From the NCBI GenBank assembly GCA_965602015.1, contig OZ271918.1:480001-544000 (forward strand): 64,000 nt of DNA, in the 5' to 3' direction. Of the stretch, positions 8,906 through 17,307 are shown piece by piece. The translations under genes were made by a program, and so were the position numbers. This DNA is from Salinispira sp. (GTDB lineage Bacteria; Spirochaetota; Spirochaetia; DSM-27196; Salinispiraceae). Under the pieces are notes generated by a model that saw only the letters and a program-made list of their open reading frames with translations, searched no databases and had not been told where the DNA came from. Position 1 is the stretch's first letter. Each line of letters opens with the position of its first letter.

Positions 8906-9863
8906 GCTCGACCGACCGGCGGCCGCGTCGGATTATATCATCCTCGACCTCGACCTTGAATGTAAGATTTTCAAGAGAGTAAATGATTTTGTCGAGGGTA
9001 ATTCTTTTCATATGCGGGCAGGTTTGACAGGTGCTTATGAAGTTCTTTTTCGGGAAGACAGCCCGAAGGTTGTCCCCCATGCTGCATTCGGTGATTAACA
9101 TAACATTCTGCTTGCCGCTGTCCCGGATTACCCCTTCCATCTGGCTGGTGCTTCCGGCGAAATCCGATGCTCCGGTGACGTCGGTGTCGCACTCCGGGTG
9201 GCTTATGACTACCAGATCGTCAAACTGGGCCCGGGCCGCGTCGATATCTTCCTTGGTAAACTGCTCGTGCACCATGCATTTGCCCTTTTCCCAACTGATG
9301 ATCTTTTTGCTTGTCTGCAGGGCGACGTTTTTCGCAAGATAGGCGTCAGGAAGGAATATAACCGAGTCGCTGTCCAACGATTTAACGACCTTCACGGCAT
9401 TAGCACTGGTGCAGCAGATGTCGGTCTCCGCCTTTACCGCGGCGGAACAGTTTACATAGGTGACCACCGGCACCCCTGGGTGCTGTGCCTTAAGGTTGCG
9501 CACCTCCTGCGCCGTGATGCTCTCAGCCAGGGAACAGCCGGCTTCGAGATCGGCAATGAGGACGGTTTTTTCTGGACTCATGATTTTGGCAGTTTCGGCC
9601 ATGAAGTGGACGCCATTGAACAGGATGATGTCAGCATCGGTTTTGGCCGCTTCCCGTGCGAGGCCCAGACTGTCGCCAACGATGTCCGACACGCCGTAGA
9701 ACACATCGGGGGTCATGTAGTTGTGACCTAAAACCACAACGTTCATGTCCTTTTTTAATTGCCTGATTTTCGCAATTTTTTCCATTGCCTCATCCACCTC
9801 GTGGGGAAGAATGGAATGCTCAAGTTTTTCACGGATGTCGTCTATCGATTTTGCTAGGTTCAT
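8886..9863 (-). CDS. nadA: Quinolinate synthase A
   Basis: [59 protein letters not shown]. Start at 9863 or 9884. Confidence 0.93.
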   Translation of the reverse strand: MNLAKSIDDIREKLEHSILPHEVDEAMEKIAKIRQLKKDMNVVVLGHNYMTPDVFYGVSDIVGDSLGLAREAAKTDADIILFNGVHFMAETAKIMSPEKTVLIADLEAGCSLAESITAQEVRNLKAQHPGVPVVTYVNCSAAVKAETDICCTSANAVKVVKSLDSDSVIFLPDAYLAKNVALQTSKKIISWEKGKCMVHEQFTKEDIDAARAQFDDLVVISHPECDTDVTGASDFAGSTSQMEGVIRDSGKQNVMLITECSMGDNLRAVFPKKNFISTCQTCPHMKRITLDKIIYSLENLTFKVEVEDDIIRRGRRSVERMLAIG

Positions 9864-9906
9864 GGGCAGAAGATACTGTATCATACTTCTTTAAGCAAGA
9901 TTTCAT

Positions 9907-10055
9907 CAGTGCCCCGAAAACAGCTGATTTGCGCCTGGCAAAGTACTGTGGGAGAATAATTCAAGCTATTTCTGGCAATGAGCGAAATGAACGGCAGCTA
10001 ATTCCTGTCCCGAAAAAAGATTAGGCAGTTTAAATCAGCTGTTTTCGGGGCACTA
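9907..10055. mobile_element. MITE-like non-autonomous element with 23-bp perfect terminal inverted repeats
   Basis: AGTGCCCCGAAAACAGCTGATTT (9908-9930) and its exact reverse complement (10032-10054); CAT on both flanks (9904-9906, 10056-10058); 21 bp of the IR recur at 57687-57707. Confidence 0.7.
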
Positions 10056-10071
10056 CATATTCCCAGGCACT

Positions 10072-11121
10072 TCAGCTGTTCGCCATTTCTCCGTTGAACA
10101 CCGTCACCCGGTTTTTTCCCGACCGCTTGCTGAGATACAGGGCCTTGTCGGCTTTTTCGATGAGGATTTGGGAATTCTCGTCGCGCTCAGAGTCAAATTC
10201 CGCGATGCCGAGGGACAGGGTCACAGAACAGCTCTGACCTTCGTAGCTAAAACTTGCGTCCTCTACGGCCTTCCGGATGCGTTCGGCGATGTTTCCCGCA
10301 ACATCGAGGGCTGCGCCGGGCAGGAGCACCACAAACTCTTCTCCCCCGTATCGGGCAGCGATGTCGGTCTGACGGATGCACGAAAGGATTATCCGGGAAA
10401 CGCCTATTATAACCTCATCCCCGGTTATATGCCCGTAGGTATCATTCAGGGACTTGAAGTTATCGATATCCATCATAATCAGGCAGAGCTCCTGATTGTT
10501 TCTTCGGCTCATTGCCAACTGGCTCCCGAGACTGTCGAGGAAAAAATGGCGGAGCCGCAAACGGGTCATCACATCGGTGGTGGTAATTTCGTATAAAAAC
10601 GCATTGTGTACCGCAATACCTGCGAGTACCGCGATATTTTCAACATACTTCCTGTCTTCCCCGAGAATATCATGATCGCCTATGGGATCTCCGAGGACGA
10701 GGACGCCGTTAATCACTTCTTTGGCGCGAAGGGGAATTATCAGCGAGGGCTCTAAATCGGCGACCGGAGCCAGGGAATCGCTGTCAATAATTTCCTGGAG
10801 TTCCGCAAGGCTATGGCTCGTGGGATGGTCGTGAAGGAAATCAATGAGTTTGTTTCCCTCGGGGATGATGTGCGAATCTCCGGAATGAACGTCGAAGCCA
10901 ACCTGACTTCGGTGAAGCGCAAGATCCTGGCTTCCGATATCCTTGCGTACAAACAGACCGGCCTTGAGAAGTTTCAGCTGACCCATGCAGATATACAGGA
11001 TCGATTGTATGAGGGCGTGATAATCGAGATTGGAATTCAGGCTCTTGCTTATTTCGATGAGTTGAGTGAGATCGAATATTTTTTTCTCATACTGTTCGAC
11101 AAGCGAGTCGGTTTCTGCCAT
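10072..11121 (-). CDS. GAF-sensor diguanylate cyclase
   Basis: N-terminal GAF-like region; DIDNFKSLNDTYGH..GD, RQTD I-site, RYGGEEF. Confidence 0.92.
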   Translation of the reverse strand: MAETDSLVEQYEKKIFDLTQLIEISKSLNSNLDYHALIQSILYICMGQLKLLKAGLFVRKDIGSQDLALHRSQVGFDVHSGDSHIIPEGNKLIDFLHDHPTSHSLAELQEIIDSDSLAPVADLEPSLIIPLRAKEVINGVLVLGDPIGDHDILGEDRKYVENIAVLAGIAVHNAFLYEITTTDVMTRLRLRHFFLDSLGSQLAMSRRNNQELCLIMMDIDNFKSLNDTYGHITGDEVIIGVSRIILSCIRQTDIAARYGGEEFVVLLPGAALDVAGNIAERIRKAVEDASFSYEGQSCSVTLSLGIAEFDSERDENSQILIEKADKALYLSKRSGKNRVTVFNGEMANS

Positions 11122-11222
11122 GCGATAAGATTATACTGATTTTTTTTCATCGTGCTATCAATGCTGTGAAAAAAAAGCCAAATAATAGGCGTTTTTGAAT
11201 AGATTTGATCTTTAACTCGGGT

Positions 11223-11864
11223 TTAATTAAAAATGTGGCGAATGTCGCTGTTGTCTCCCAGGATTTCCAGGAGCTTTTGATGGGCCTCGGAACGCTGAAT
11301 GGACCGCTTTGCCGAGGTTATCAGATTCTGAATACGATTCGCCGTCGAGCTGCTTTCCAAACTTTCCTGGCGTTCCTCCACGGTGAACAGATCGCTGGAT
11401 GAAAGCATAAAACTGAAATCAACCGGGTCCATATGCTCGAGAATTTCCCGGTCCAGGGTTTTGTTATTGAGGTCGGCGAGATGAACGAATAGCTCTACCG
11501 CCTCTTTTTGCAGGCGGAGAGCTTCCCGATGGAGGTCGTCGCTTCCGCAATCATCGAAGTATTTTATTTCCGCCTGCAGAAACAGGCCGCTGTCGTCGAT
11601 GCTTTCCAGGGAAAAGCGCTTTCCCCCTTCTATTAATATGTCCTTGCGCCCGTCATCGTAGCGTTTGATGAGTTTTTGAATTGATGCTGAACAGCCTGTG
11701 GACCTGAAATTGCTGCCGTTGTAGTACACAATTCCGAAGGGTGTGTGATTTTCGAGGCAAAAGTCGACCATCTCCCGATATCGCTCTTCGAATATGTGGA
11801 GAGGTATCCGCATGCCGGGCAGCAGAACTATGCCTAATGGAAAAATGGGTATTTTGTGTTCCAT
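11223..11864 (-). CDS. Stand-alone LON peptidase substrate-binding (Lon N) domain protein
   Basis: IPIFPLGIVLLPG..IPLHIFEERYREM; DGR..I.IEG..RF. Confidence 0.85.
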   Translation of the reverse strand: MEHKIPIFPLGIVLLPGMRIPLHIFEERYREMVDFCLENHTPFGIVYYNGSNFRSTGCSASIQKLIKRYDDGRKDILIEGGKRFSLESIDDSGLFLQAEIKYFDDCGSDDLHREALRLQKEAVELFVHLADLNNKTLDREILEHMDPVDFSFMLSSSDLFTVEERQESLESSSTANRIQNLITSAKRSIQRSEAHQKLLEILGDNSDIRHIFN

Positions 11865-11927
11865 CCTTCTCAATATACAAATTTAAAAACCCTCTCGGAA
11901 AGGGTTTTGTTCCCCCCTGCAGCTTCA

Positions 11928-11956
11928 TTGACGGGTCTTTTTGAAAAAACTATACT
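11928..11956 (+). promoter_or_regulatory. Sigma70-type promoter of pyk
   Basis: TTGACG (11928-11933), 17 bp, TATACT (11951-11956). Confidence 0.65.
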
Positions 11957-12007
11957 TCAGCCTATACTCAGTGTATCCATCCCAATCCCAATTTTACGGA
12001 GTGTACC

Positions 12008-13423
12008 GTGCGAAAACTAACTAAAATCGTCGCAACCATTTCTGATATGAAATGCGACGCCGAGTTTCTCAAGAAACTCTCGGATGCCGGCATGAATGCC
12101 GTTCGTCTGAATACTGCTCATCAGAATCACGAAGACAGCCTCAAGGTCGTGAATTCCGTCCGAAGTTTTTCAGATTCAATCCCGCTGATTCTGGACACTA
12201 AGGGACCGGAAGTCCGAACCACCACCAAAGAATCGGATATTAATGTGAAGACCGGCGATATCGTGAAGATGATCGGCGATCCCGACAAGCTCTCGAGCAA
12301 GGAATGCATATATCTCAATTACCGCGGCTTCGTCGAGGACGTACCGGTTGGCAAAACGGTTCTCATCGACGACGGCGATGTTGCTCTCCTGGTAAAAGAG
12401 AAAAAAGACGGAGCTCTCATTTGCGAGGTGCAGAACGACGGAGAAATCGGCGGTAAAAAAAGCGTCAATGTCCCCGGCGTCCATATACATCTTCCTGCTC
12501 TCAGCGAGCGCGACCGGGGTTACATCGACTTCGCCATCGAACATGATATTGATTACATCGCCCATTCCTTCGTGCGAAACAAAGAAGACGTTCTTGCCAT
12601 CCAGCAAATTCTGGACAAGGGCAAGAGCAGCGCGAAAATTATCGCCAAGATTGAAAATCAGGAAGGCGTTGATAACATCGACGAAATCCTCGACGTCGTT
12701 CACGGCGTTATGGTCGCCCGGGGAGATTTGGGTATTGAAATCCCCGCGGAAAAAATCCCCGCCATTCAGAAAATGCTCATCCGAAAGTGCCGCGAACGCT
12801 GCAAGCCGGTTATAACCGCAACCCAGATGCTCCACACCATGATCAAGAAGCCCCGCCCCACCCGTGCGGAGGTGAGCGATGTGGCTAATGCGGTGTACGA
12901 CGGTACCGACAGTCTCATGCTGAGCGGTGAAACCGCCTACGGCGACTATCCCATCGAATCGGTGAAGATCATGGCAAAAATCGCCCGATCCGCCGAGGAA
13001 GCCACCGACGCTATGGTCAATATCGATGTCGACCCCTCAAGCAAGGTCATCCCCGCATTTCTCGCCCGGACCGCGGTTATCGCGGAGAACAAGATTCCCA
13101 TGACCGGAATCGTTATCGATACGAACAGCGGGCGTACCGCACGTTACATCTCGGCGTTCCGGGGCAACATCCCCATTTACGTTGAATGCTACACCCCCCG
13201 GGTAATGCGCGAGCTCGCGATCACCTACGGCGTAACTGCCAGTTATATGCCTGCCCGTCAGGAGGGAGTTGAAAAGTTCATCCACAAAAGTCTCATGCAT
13301 CTTGTGGAGGACAAGCTCCTGGCCAAGGATGACACCGTCCTGGTGCTCGCCGGCAACTTCGGTCCGTCCACCGGCGCAAGCTTTCTTGAAATCGCCACTG
13401 TGGAGAATATGCTTCAGCTATAG
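12008..13423 (+). CDS. pyk: Pyruvate kinase
   Basis: TKIVAT, LDTKGPEVRT, AKIEN, MVARGDLG, ATQML, PTRAEVSDVANA, MLSGETA. Confidence 0.97.
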   Translation: MRKLTKIVATISDMKCDAEFLKKLSDAGMNAVRLNTAHQNHEDSLKVVNSVRSFSDSIPLILDTKGPEVRTTTKESDINVKTGDIVKMIGDPDKLSSKECIYLNYRGFVEDVPVGKTVLIDDGDVALLVKEKKDGALICEVQNDGEIGGKKSVNVPGVHIHLPALSERDRGYIDFAIEHDIDYIAHSFVRNKEDVLAIQQILDKGKSSAKIIAKIENQEGVDNIDEILDVVHGVMVARGDLGIEIPAEKIPAIQKMLIRKCRERCKPVITATQMLHTMIKKPRPTRAEVSDVANAVYDGTDSLMLSGETAYGDYPIESVKIMAKIARSAEEATDAMVNIDVDPSSKVIPAFLARTAVIAENKIPMTGIVIDTNSGRTARYISAFRGNIPIYVECYTPRVMRELAITYGVTASYMPARQEGVEKFIHKSLMHLVEDKLLAKDDTVLVLAGNFGPSTGASFLEIATVENMLQL

Positions 13424-13460
13424 CGCTGTTTTTCCGGTAAATTTACCGGGACAATCGAAC

Positions 13461-13497
13461 GGTCTGCCGGGATTCGACCCGGCAGGCCTTTTTTTTT
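13461..13497 (+). terminator. Intrinsic terminator after pyk
   Basis: GGTCTGCCGGG-attcga-CCCGGCAGGCC followed by T9. Confidence 0.9.
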
Positions 13498-13527
13498 CCC
13501 GGGCTTGAGTTATAATTTAACGAAGAG

Positions 13528-14475
13528 GTGATCCCCTTGTACGATCCGGTACGCAAAGCCCGGGATCTGATGCATCTGGGCAAATACAGCGCCGCAAAGA
13601 AAATCTATGAGGATCTCAGCTCCCGGGACCCCCGCAACGACCGCTACCATTTCCAGCTCGGCATGTGCCATCTGGCCGATCAGGATATGACTCTCGCCAG
13701 GAAGTCTTTCGAAGATTGCCTGAATATTAATCCTTCCCACATCGAGGCGCTCATAGAACTGGGGGATATCCACTTTAAAAATGGTGAGGATGACCTGGCC
13801 CTGGAACTGCTCAACCGCGGCTGTCAGCTCGATCCGGGACACGCCCGTGCCCATACCTATCTGGCCAGGTTGTATGAACATATGGAAAATTTCCCCCGGG
13901 CCATAGAACATTACAACCGGGCCGTCGAAGGCAGCTCGGCCGGGGAAAGTCCCCGGCACGATTTGGCCCTGGCCCACAGTCACAACGGAGATTATCTCGA
14001 GAGCTACCTCATACTTCAGGAGCTTTTGGACGAGGCGGACCTAGGTCTGCTGTGGAGCCGCATCAACCGCACCGAGGCTGACCTCAAGGAACTCAACATA
14101 AATGCCACCGAAGATTATATCAGTATGCTCAAAAACGAGATGGATGAGGTCGAGCAGCTGTACTTTGTCAAACACCAATTCTCGATTCACTACACCAAGA
14201 GCATTCTCGATGCCCTGGAGCGGTTTTTATCGCTTTCCGAAAAGGAAATACAGGAAGTGCGCAACGAAATCCGGATGCTCAGCCATCTCGGGCTGGGGTT
14301 CAGCGGCGATACCGCCCGTTTCGAACTTCACAGCATAAAGGGGCAGTACAGCGGATTCCAGCTCGGCTGCTATTTGTATACCGCGGAGCAGCTTACCCAC
14401 AGCCGACCGAGCATGGGGGCAAGCTACCACAGCGCTTTTATCCACGCCTTGGATTTTATTCAGAATCACAACTGA
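13528..14475 (+). CDS. Tetratricopeptide repeat protein with uncharacterised C-terminal domain
   Basis: Several TPR-like repeats (LGMCH..A..FE..L.INP; LG.IH..A..L..G..LDP). Confidence 0.8.
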   Translation: MIPLYDPVRKARDLMHLGKYSAAKKIYEDLSSRDPRNDRYHFQLGMCHLADQDMTLARKSFEDCLNINPSHIEALIELGDIHFKNGEDDLALELLNRGCQLDPGHARAHTYLARLYEHMENFPRAIEHYNRAVEGSSAGESPRHDLALAHSHNGDYLESYLILQELLDEADLGLLWSRINRTEADLKELNINATEDYISMLKNEMDEVEQLYFVKHQFSIHYTKSILDALERFLSLSEKEIQEVRNEIRMLSHLGLGFSGDTARFELHSIKGQYSGFQLGCYLYTAEQLTHSRPSMGASYHSAFIHALDFIQNHN

Positions 14476-14498
14476 ACCCGTCGACTCTACGCTGATGC

Positions 14499-14517
14499 GG
14501 GGCGGAAGAACCGCCCC
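14499..14517. terminator. Hairpin between the convergent TPR gene and ppc
   Basis: GGGGCGG-aagaa-CCGCCCC; no clear U-tract. Confidence 0.4.
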
Positions 14518-14529
14518 TTGACCTGCTCC

Positions 14530-17280
14530 CTATACCGAGTTTCGCGAAGCGTTAATGGAAGCCATCAGGCTCTTTATAATAAGCTTTTCCAGAATCTCTT
14601 CCTGACGCTGGCGATCGGCGTCAAGGTATTTTCCGCTTTTCTCATTGTCTGCGCTGTGGAGCTGGCGAAGTTTCTGTAGGGCATACTGCTGGATAACCGT
14701 CACCGGCAGAATCATGCTTTCCCGCAGGGCGATTGATTCGCGAATTACCGGATCTATTTCAAGGAGATTCTTCTGTCCTGAAATTGACCGCAGCATTTCC
14801 CGGGTGATGTGGGCTTCGCCTTTCAGGATGCGGTAGAACTCCCCAAAATCCTTATCCTGCTCAAGATACCCGGTGAGCGGGAAGTACGACTTGCTCAGGC
14901 TTTGCATGGAATTCTCCATAAGCGTCCTGAAAAACAGACTGCTGTGGTACAGGTTTTCTATTTGCGCCCCATAGCCTTTATCAACCAGGGTCTTTAATGC
15001 GGTGCCCAGGCCGAAATAACCCGGAACGTTTTGTTTCATCTGGCTCCATGCCCCGACGAAGGGGATAGCCCGCAGACTGTCCAAACTCAGGGCGGCGTTC
15101 CGGCGGCTCGGACGGCTGCCGATGTTTGTGCGGCCGTAGTATTTCAGCGGGGTGCGTTGTTCCAGGTAGGGTATGAACTGAGGGTGGTTTCGCAGTTCAA
15201 GGTAGCGCTTATTTGCGAGTTTTGATAGCTCGTCGATGAGTTCCCGGTCTTCCGGTTTGATATCCGCTGTTTCCGACGGAAAAAGGTTGTTTTCTATTCC
15301 CGCGCTGACAATTTGCCCCAGATTATAAGCCGCCAGATCCTCGGTTCCGTAACTTGAGCTGATGGTCTGGCCCTGGAGGGTGAGCTGGATGCTTCGGCTG
15401 TCAATCGTCCGGCCGAGACTCCGGTAGAACTTGTGGGTATTCCCGCCGCCCCGCGCAGGGGGGCCTCCCCGGCCGTCGAAGAACAGTACCCGCACGCCCC
15501 GGCCGGCGGAAATCTTTGTCAGAGCTTCTTTGGCCAGATAAATCTCCCAGTTCGCGGTGACATAGCCGCCGTCCTTGGTTCCGTCGGAAAATCCGAGCAT
15601 GATGTGTTGGCGCTTGCCCCGTTGCTTGAGGTGTTCGGCGTATGCGGGAAATTTGTACAGGGCGGACATAATATCCGGAGCGTGATGCAGGTCGTCCACG
15701 GTTTCGAACAGCGGAACAATGTCCAGCGGCAGAATCTCAGGTTCATATCCGCTGATGACTGCCAATAGCCAGACTTCAAGAATATGGCTGGCCCGTTCGC
15801 TGTGACTGATGATGTAGCGGTGCGCTCCGATTTCTCCGTTCCGCGTCTGGATTTCCCGAATAACCGGAAAACTCATAAGGCAGTCCCGTTCGACCTCATC
15901 GGTAATGCCGTCAAGGAAGCTCTTGTACAGTTCCCGGCGGCGGCGGGGATCCATGGCGCTGATGCTGTCAGCCAGGGAATTAATGAGATCAAGCCGTCTC
16001 ATCTCATCGAGTTCTTCATAGGATTTTTCACCCGCGAGGGTTTCCGCCATGGCCTTCGAGCCCAACTTACCCTCGGCTATGCGGGAAAAGAGCTTTGCCA
16101 CCAGTTCGCTGTGCACACCTGAGTCCTGGCGAATGTCCAGACTGGCAAAATGAAAACCGAAACAGCGAACCTGATATATAAGGTTTTCCAGTAGCTCGAT
16201 AAACAGGCTCCGATGACGGCTGATCACAATGCTCCGAAGTTCAAGCAGGTCGGAAATCAGCTGTTCAGCCGAGTGATAGCCTTCATCGCTGACCTCCACA
16301 ACAAAAACCTGCTTTTCCCCGCTCTCCTCCCGGTACGGCTTCTGACTATCAAGCACCTGTTGGACGGGATCGAGGGTGTTCCCCAGGCGATCGATAATAG
16401 ATTGCAGGCGTTCCATTACTCCGTCGAACGTAAGCCTCCGGCTCAAGGCTTTTAACTCCCTGATGTACAGACCGAGAATTGACCTGCGCAGATTCGTTCC
16501 TACCTGACGGGTAATGTCCGGGGAAACAAAGGGATTTCCGTCCCGGTCGCCTCCCGGCCAAAATCCCAGTTCCACTATCCCCGGCATGGAGAGGGCGGCT
16601 TCCCGGTCCGGGCAAATGTCTCCGGTGAGTTGGGCGTGCAGCCCGGGGATCACTTCGAACATCACGTTTTCCAGCGTCCACATCAGGGAATGGGCCTCAT
16701 CGAGGGGCGATGGTTTTTGCTGCTTTTTGAAGCGGGTATTGCCCATCTGGAGCAGCAAATTATTTATTTCATTGATGTCGCTGCGGTCGAGGGAATCCAC
16801 CAGGTCGCTGAGTATGCCCAGTACCTGATCGGTGTAAAACTGGGTGGGGTGAGCCGTTAACACCACCCGCACGCGGTACTCCTCCAGGAAATTCTGATAC
16901 TCATCCACCTGTTCCAGTCGCTCGATCCTGTTCAGAATGTCCTTTATTGAACCGGGACCCTGGGTATCGACGAATCTGGTGAAGGCGGCGTCTTCCAGGG
17001 CATCGAATAGCACGACCTGTCGCTCGGTAAGCCTGAGAAAGCGGAACAGGTCGTCCTTGATGTCCTTGAAGGACTCGGCCCCGACCCGTTTCTCAAAAAA
17101 TTCCTCCACAAGTTCCAGCGGCGAACCGCCGGCTTCCAGCCCGTTTCGGCAAAATTCCGAAAACACCGGCAGCAAAATGCCCGAACTCTTTACATCGGGG
17201 AAGGGAAGGTTGAGGAAGAGGCCATTGTATATCTGGAACTTCATGCCTACCTGTTGGTGGAAAGCGCTGAGATTTTTCAC
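14530..17280 (-). CDS. ppc: Phosphoenolpyruvate carboxylase
   Basis: VLTAHPT, GGDRDGNP, VPLFET, MLGFSDGTKDGG, FDGRGG..ARGG, IGSRPSRR, LRAIP, C-terminal RNSV. Confidence 0.95.
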   Translation of the reverse strand: MKNLSAFHQQVGMKFQIYNGLFLNLPFPDVKSSGILLPVFSEFCRNGLEAGGSPLELVEEFFEKRVGAESFKDIKDDLFRFLRLTERQVVLFDALEDAAFTRFVDTQGPGSIKDILNRIERLEQVDEYQNFLEEYRVRVVLTAHPTQFYTDQVLGILSDLVDSLDRSDINEINNLLLQMGNTRFKKQQKPSPLDEAHSLMWTLENVMFEVIPGLHAQLTGDICPDREAALSMPGIVELGFWPGGDRDGNPFVSPDITRQVGTNLRRSILGLYIRELKALSRRLTFDGVMERLQSIIDRLGNTLDPVQQVLDSQKPYREESGEKQVFVVEVSDEGYHSAEQLISDLLELRSIVISRHRSLFIELLENLIYQVRCFGFHFASLDIRQDSGVHSELVAKLFSRIAEGKLGSKAMAETLAGEKSYEELDEMRRLDLINSLADSISAMDPRRRRELYKSFLDGITDEVERDCLMSFPVIREIQTRNGEIGAHRYIISHSERASHILEVWLLAVISGYEPEILPLDIVPLFETVDDLHHAPDIMSALYKFPAYAEHLKQRGKRQHIMLGFSDGTKDGGYVTANWEIYLAKEALTKISAGRGVRVLFFDGRGGPPARGGGNTHKFYRSLGRTIDSRSIQLTLQGQTISSSYGTEDLAAYNLGQIVSAGIENNLFPSETADIKPEDRELIDELSKLANKRYLELRNHPQFIPYLEQRTPLKYYGRTNIGSRPSRRNAALSLDSLRAIPFVGAWSQMKQNVPGYFGLGTALKTLVDKGYGAQIENLYHSSLFFRTLMENSMQSLSKSYFPLTGYLEQDKDFGEFYRILKGEAHITREMLRSISGQKNLLEIDPVIRESIALRESMILPVTVIQQYALQKLRQLHSADNEKSGKYLDADRQRQEEILEKLIIKSLMASINASRNSV

Positions 17281-17307
17281 TGTATGCTCCGCTGCCGCAG
17301 CGGAGTA

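Noticed and set aside
8769..9098. 109-aa ORF across the repeat
   Set aside because: Mostly antisense to nadA, with no SD or motif.
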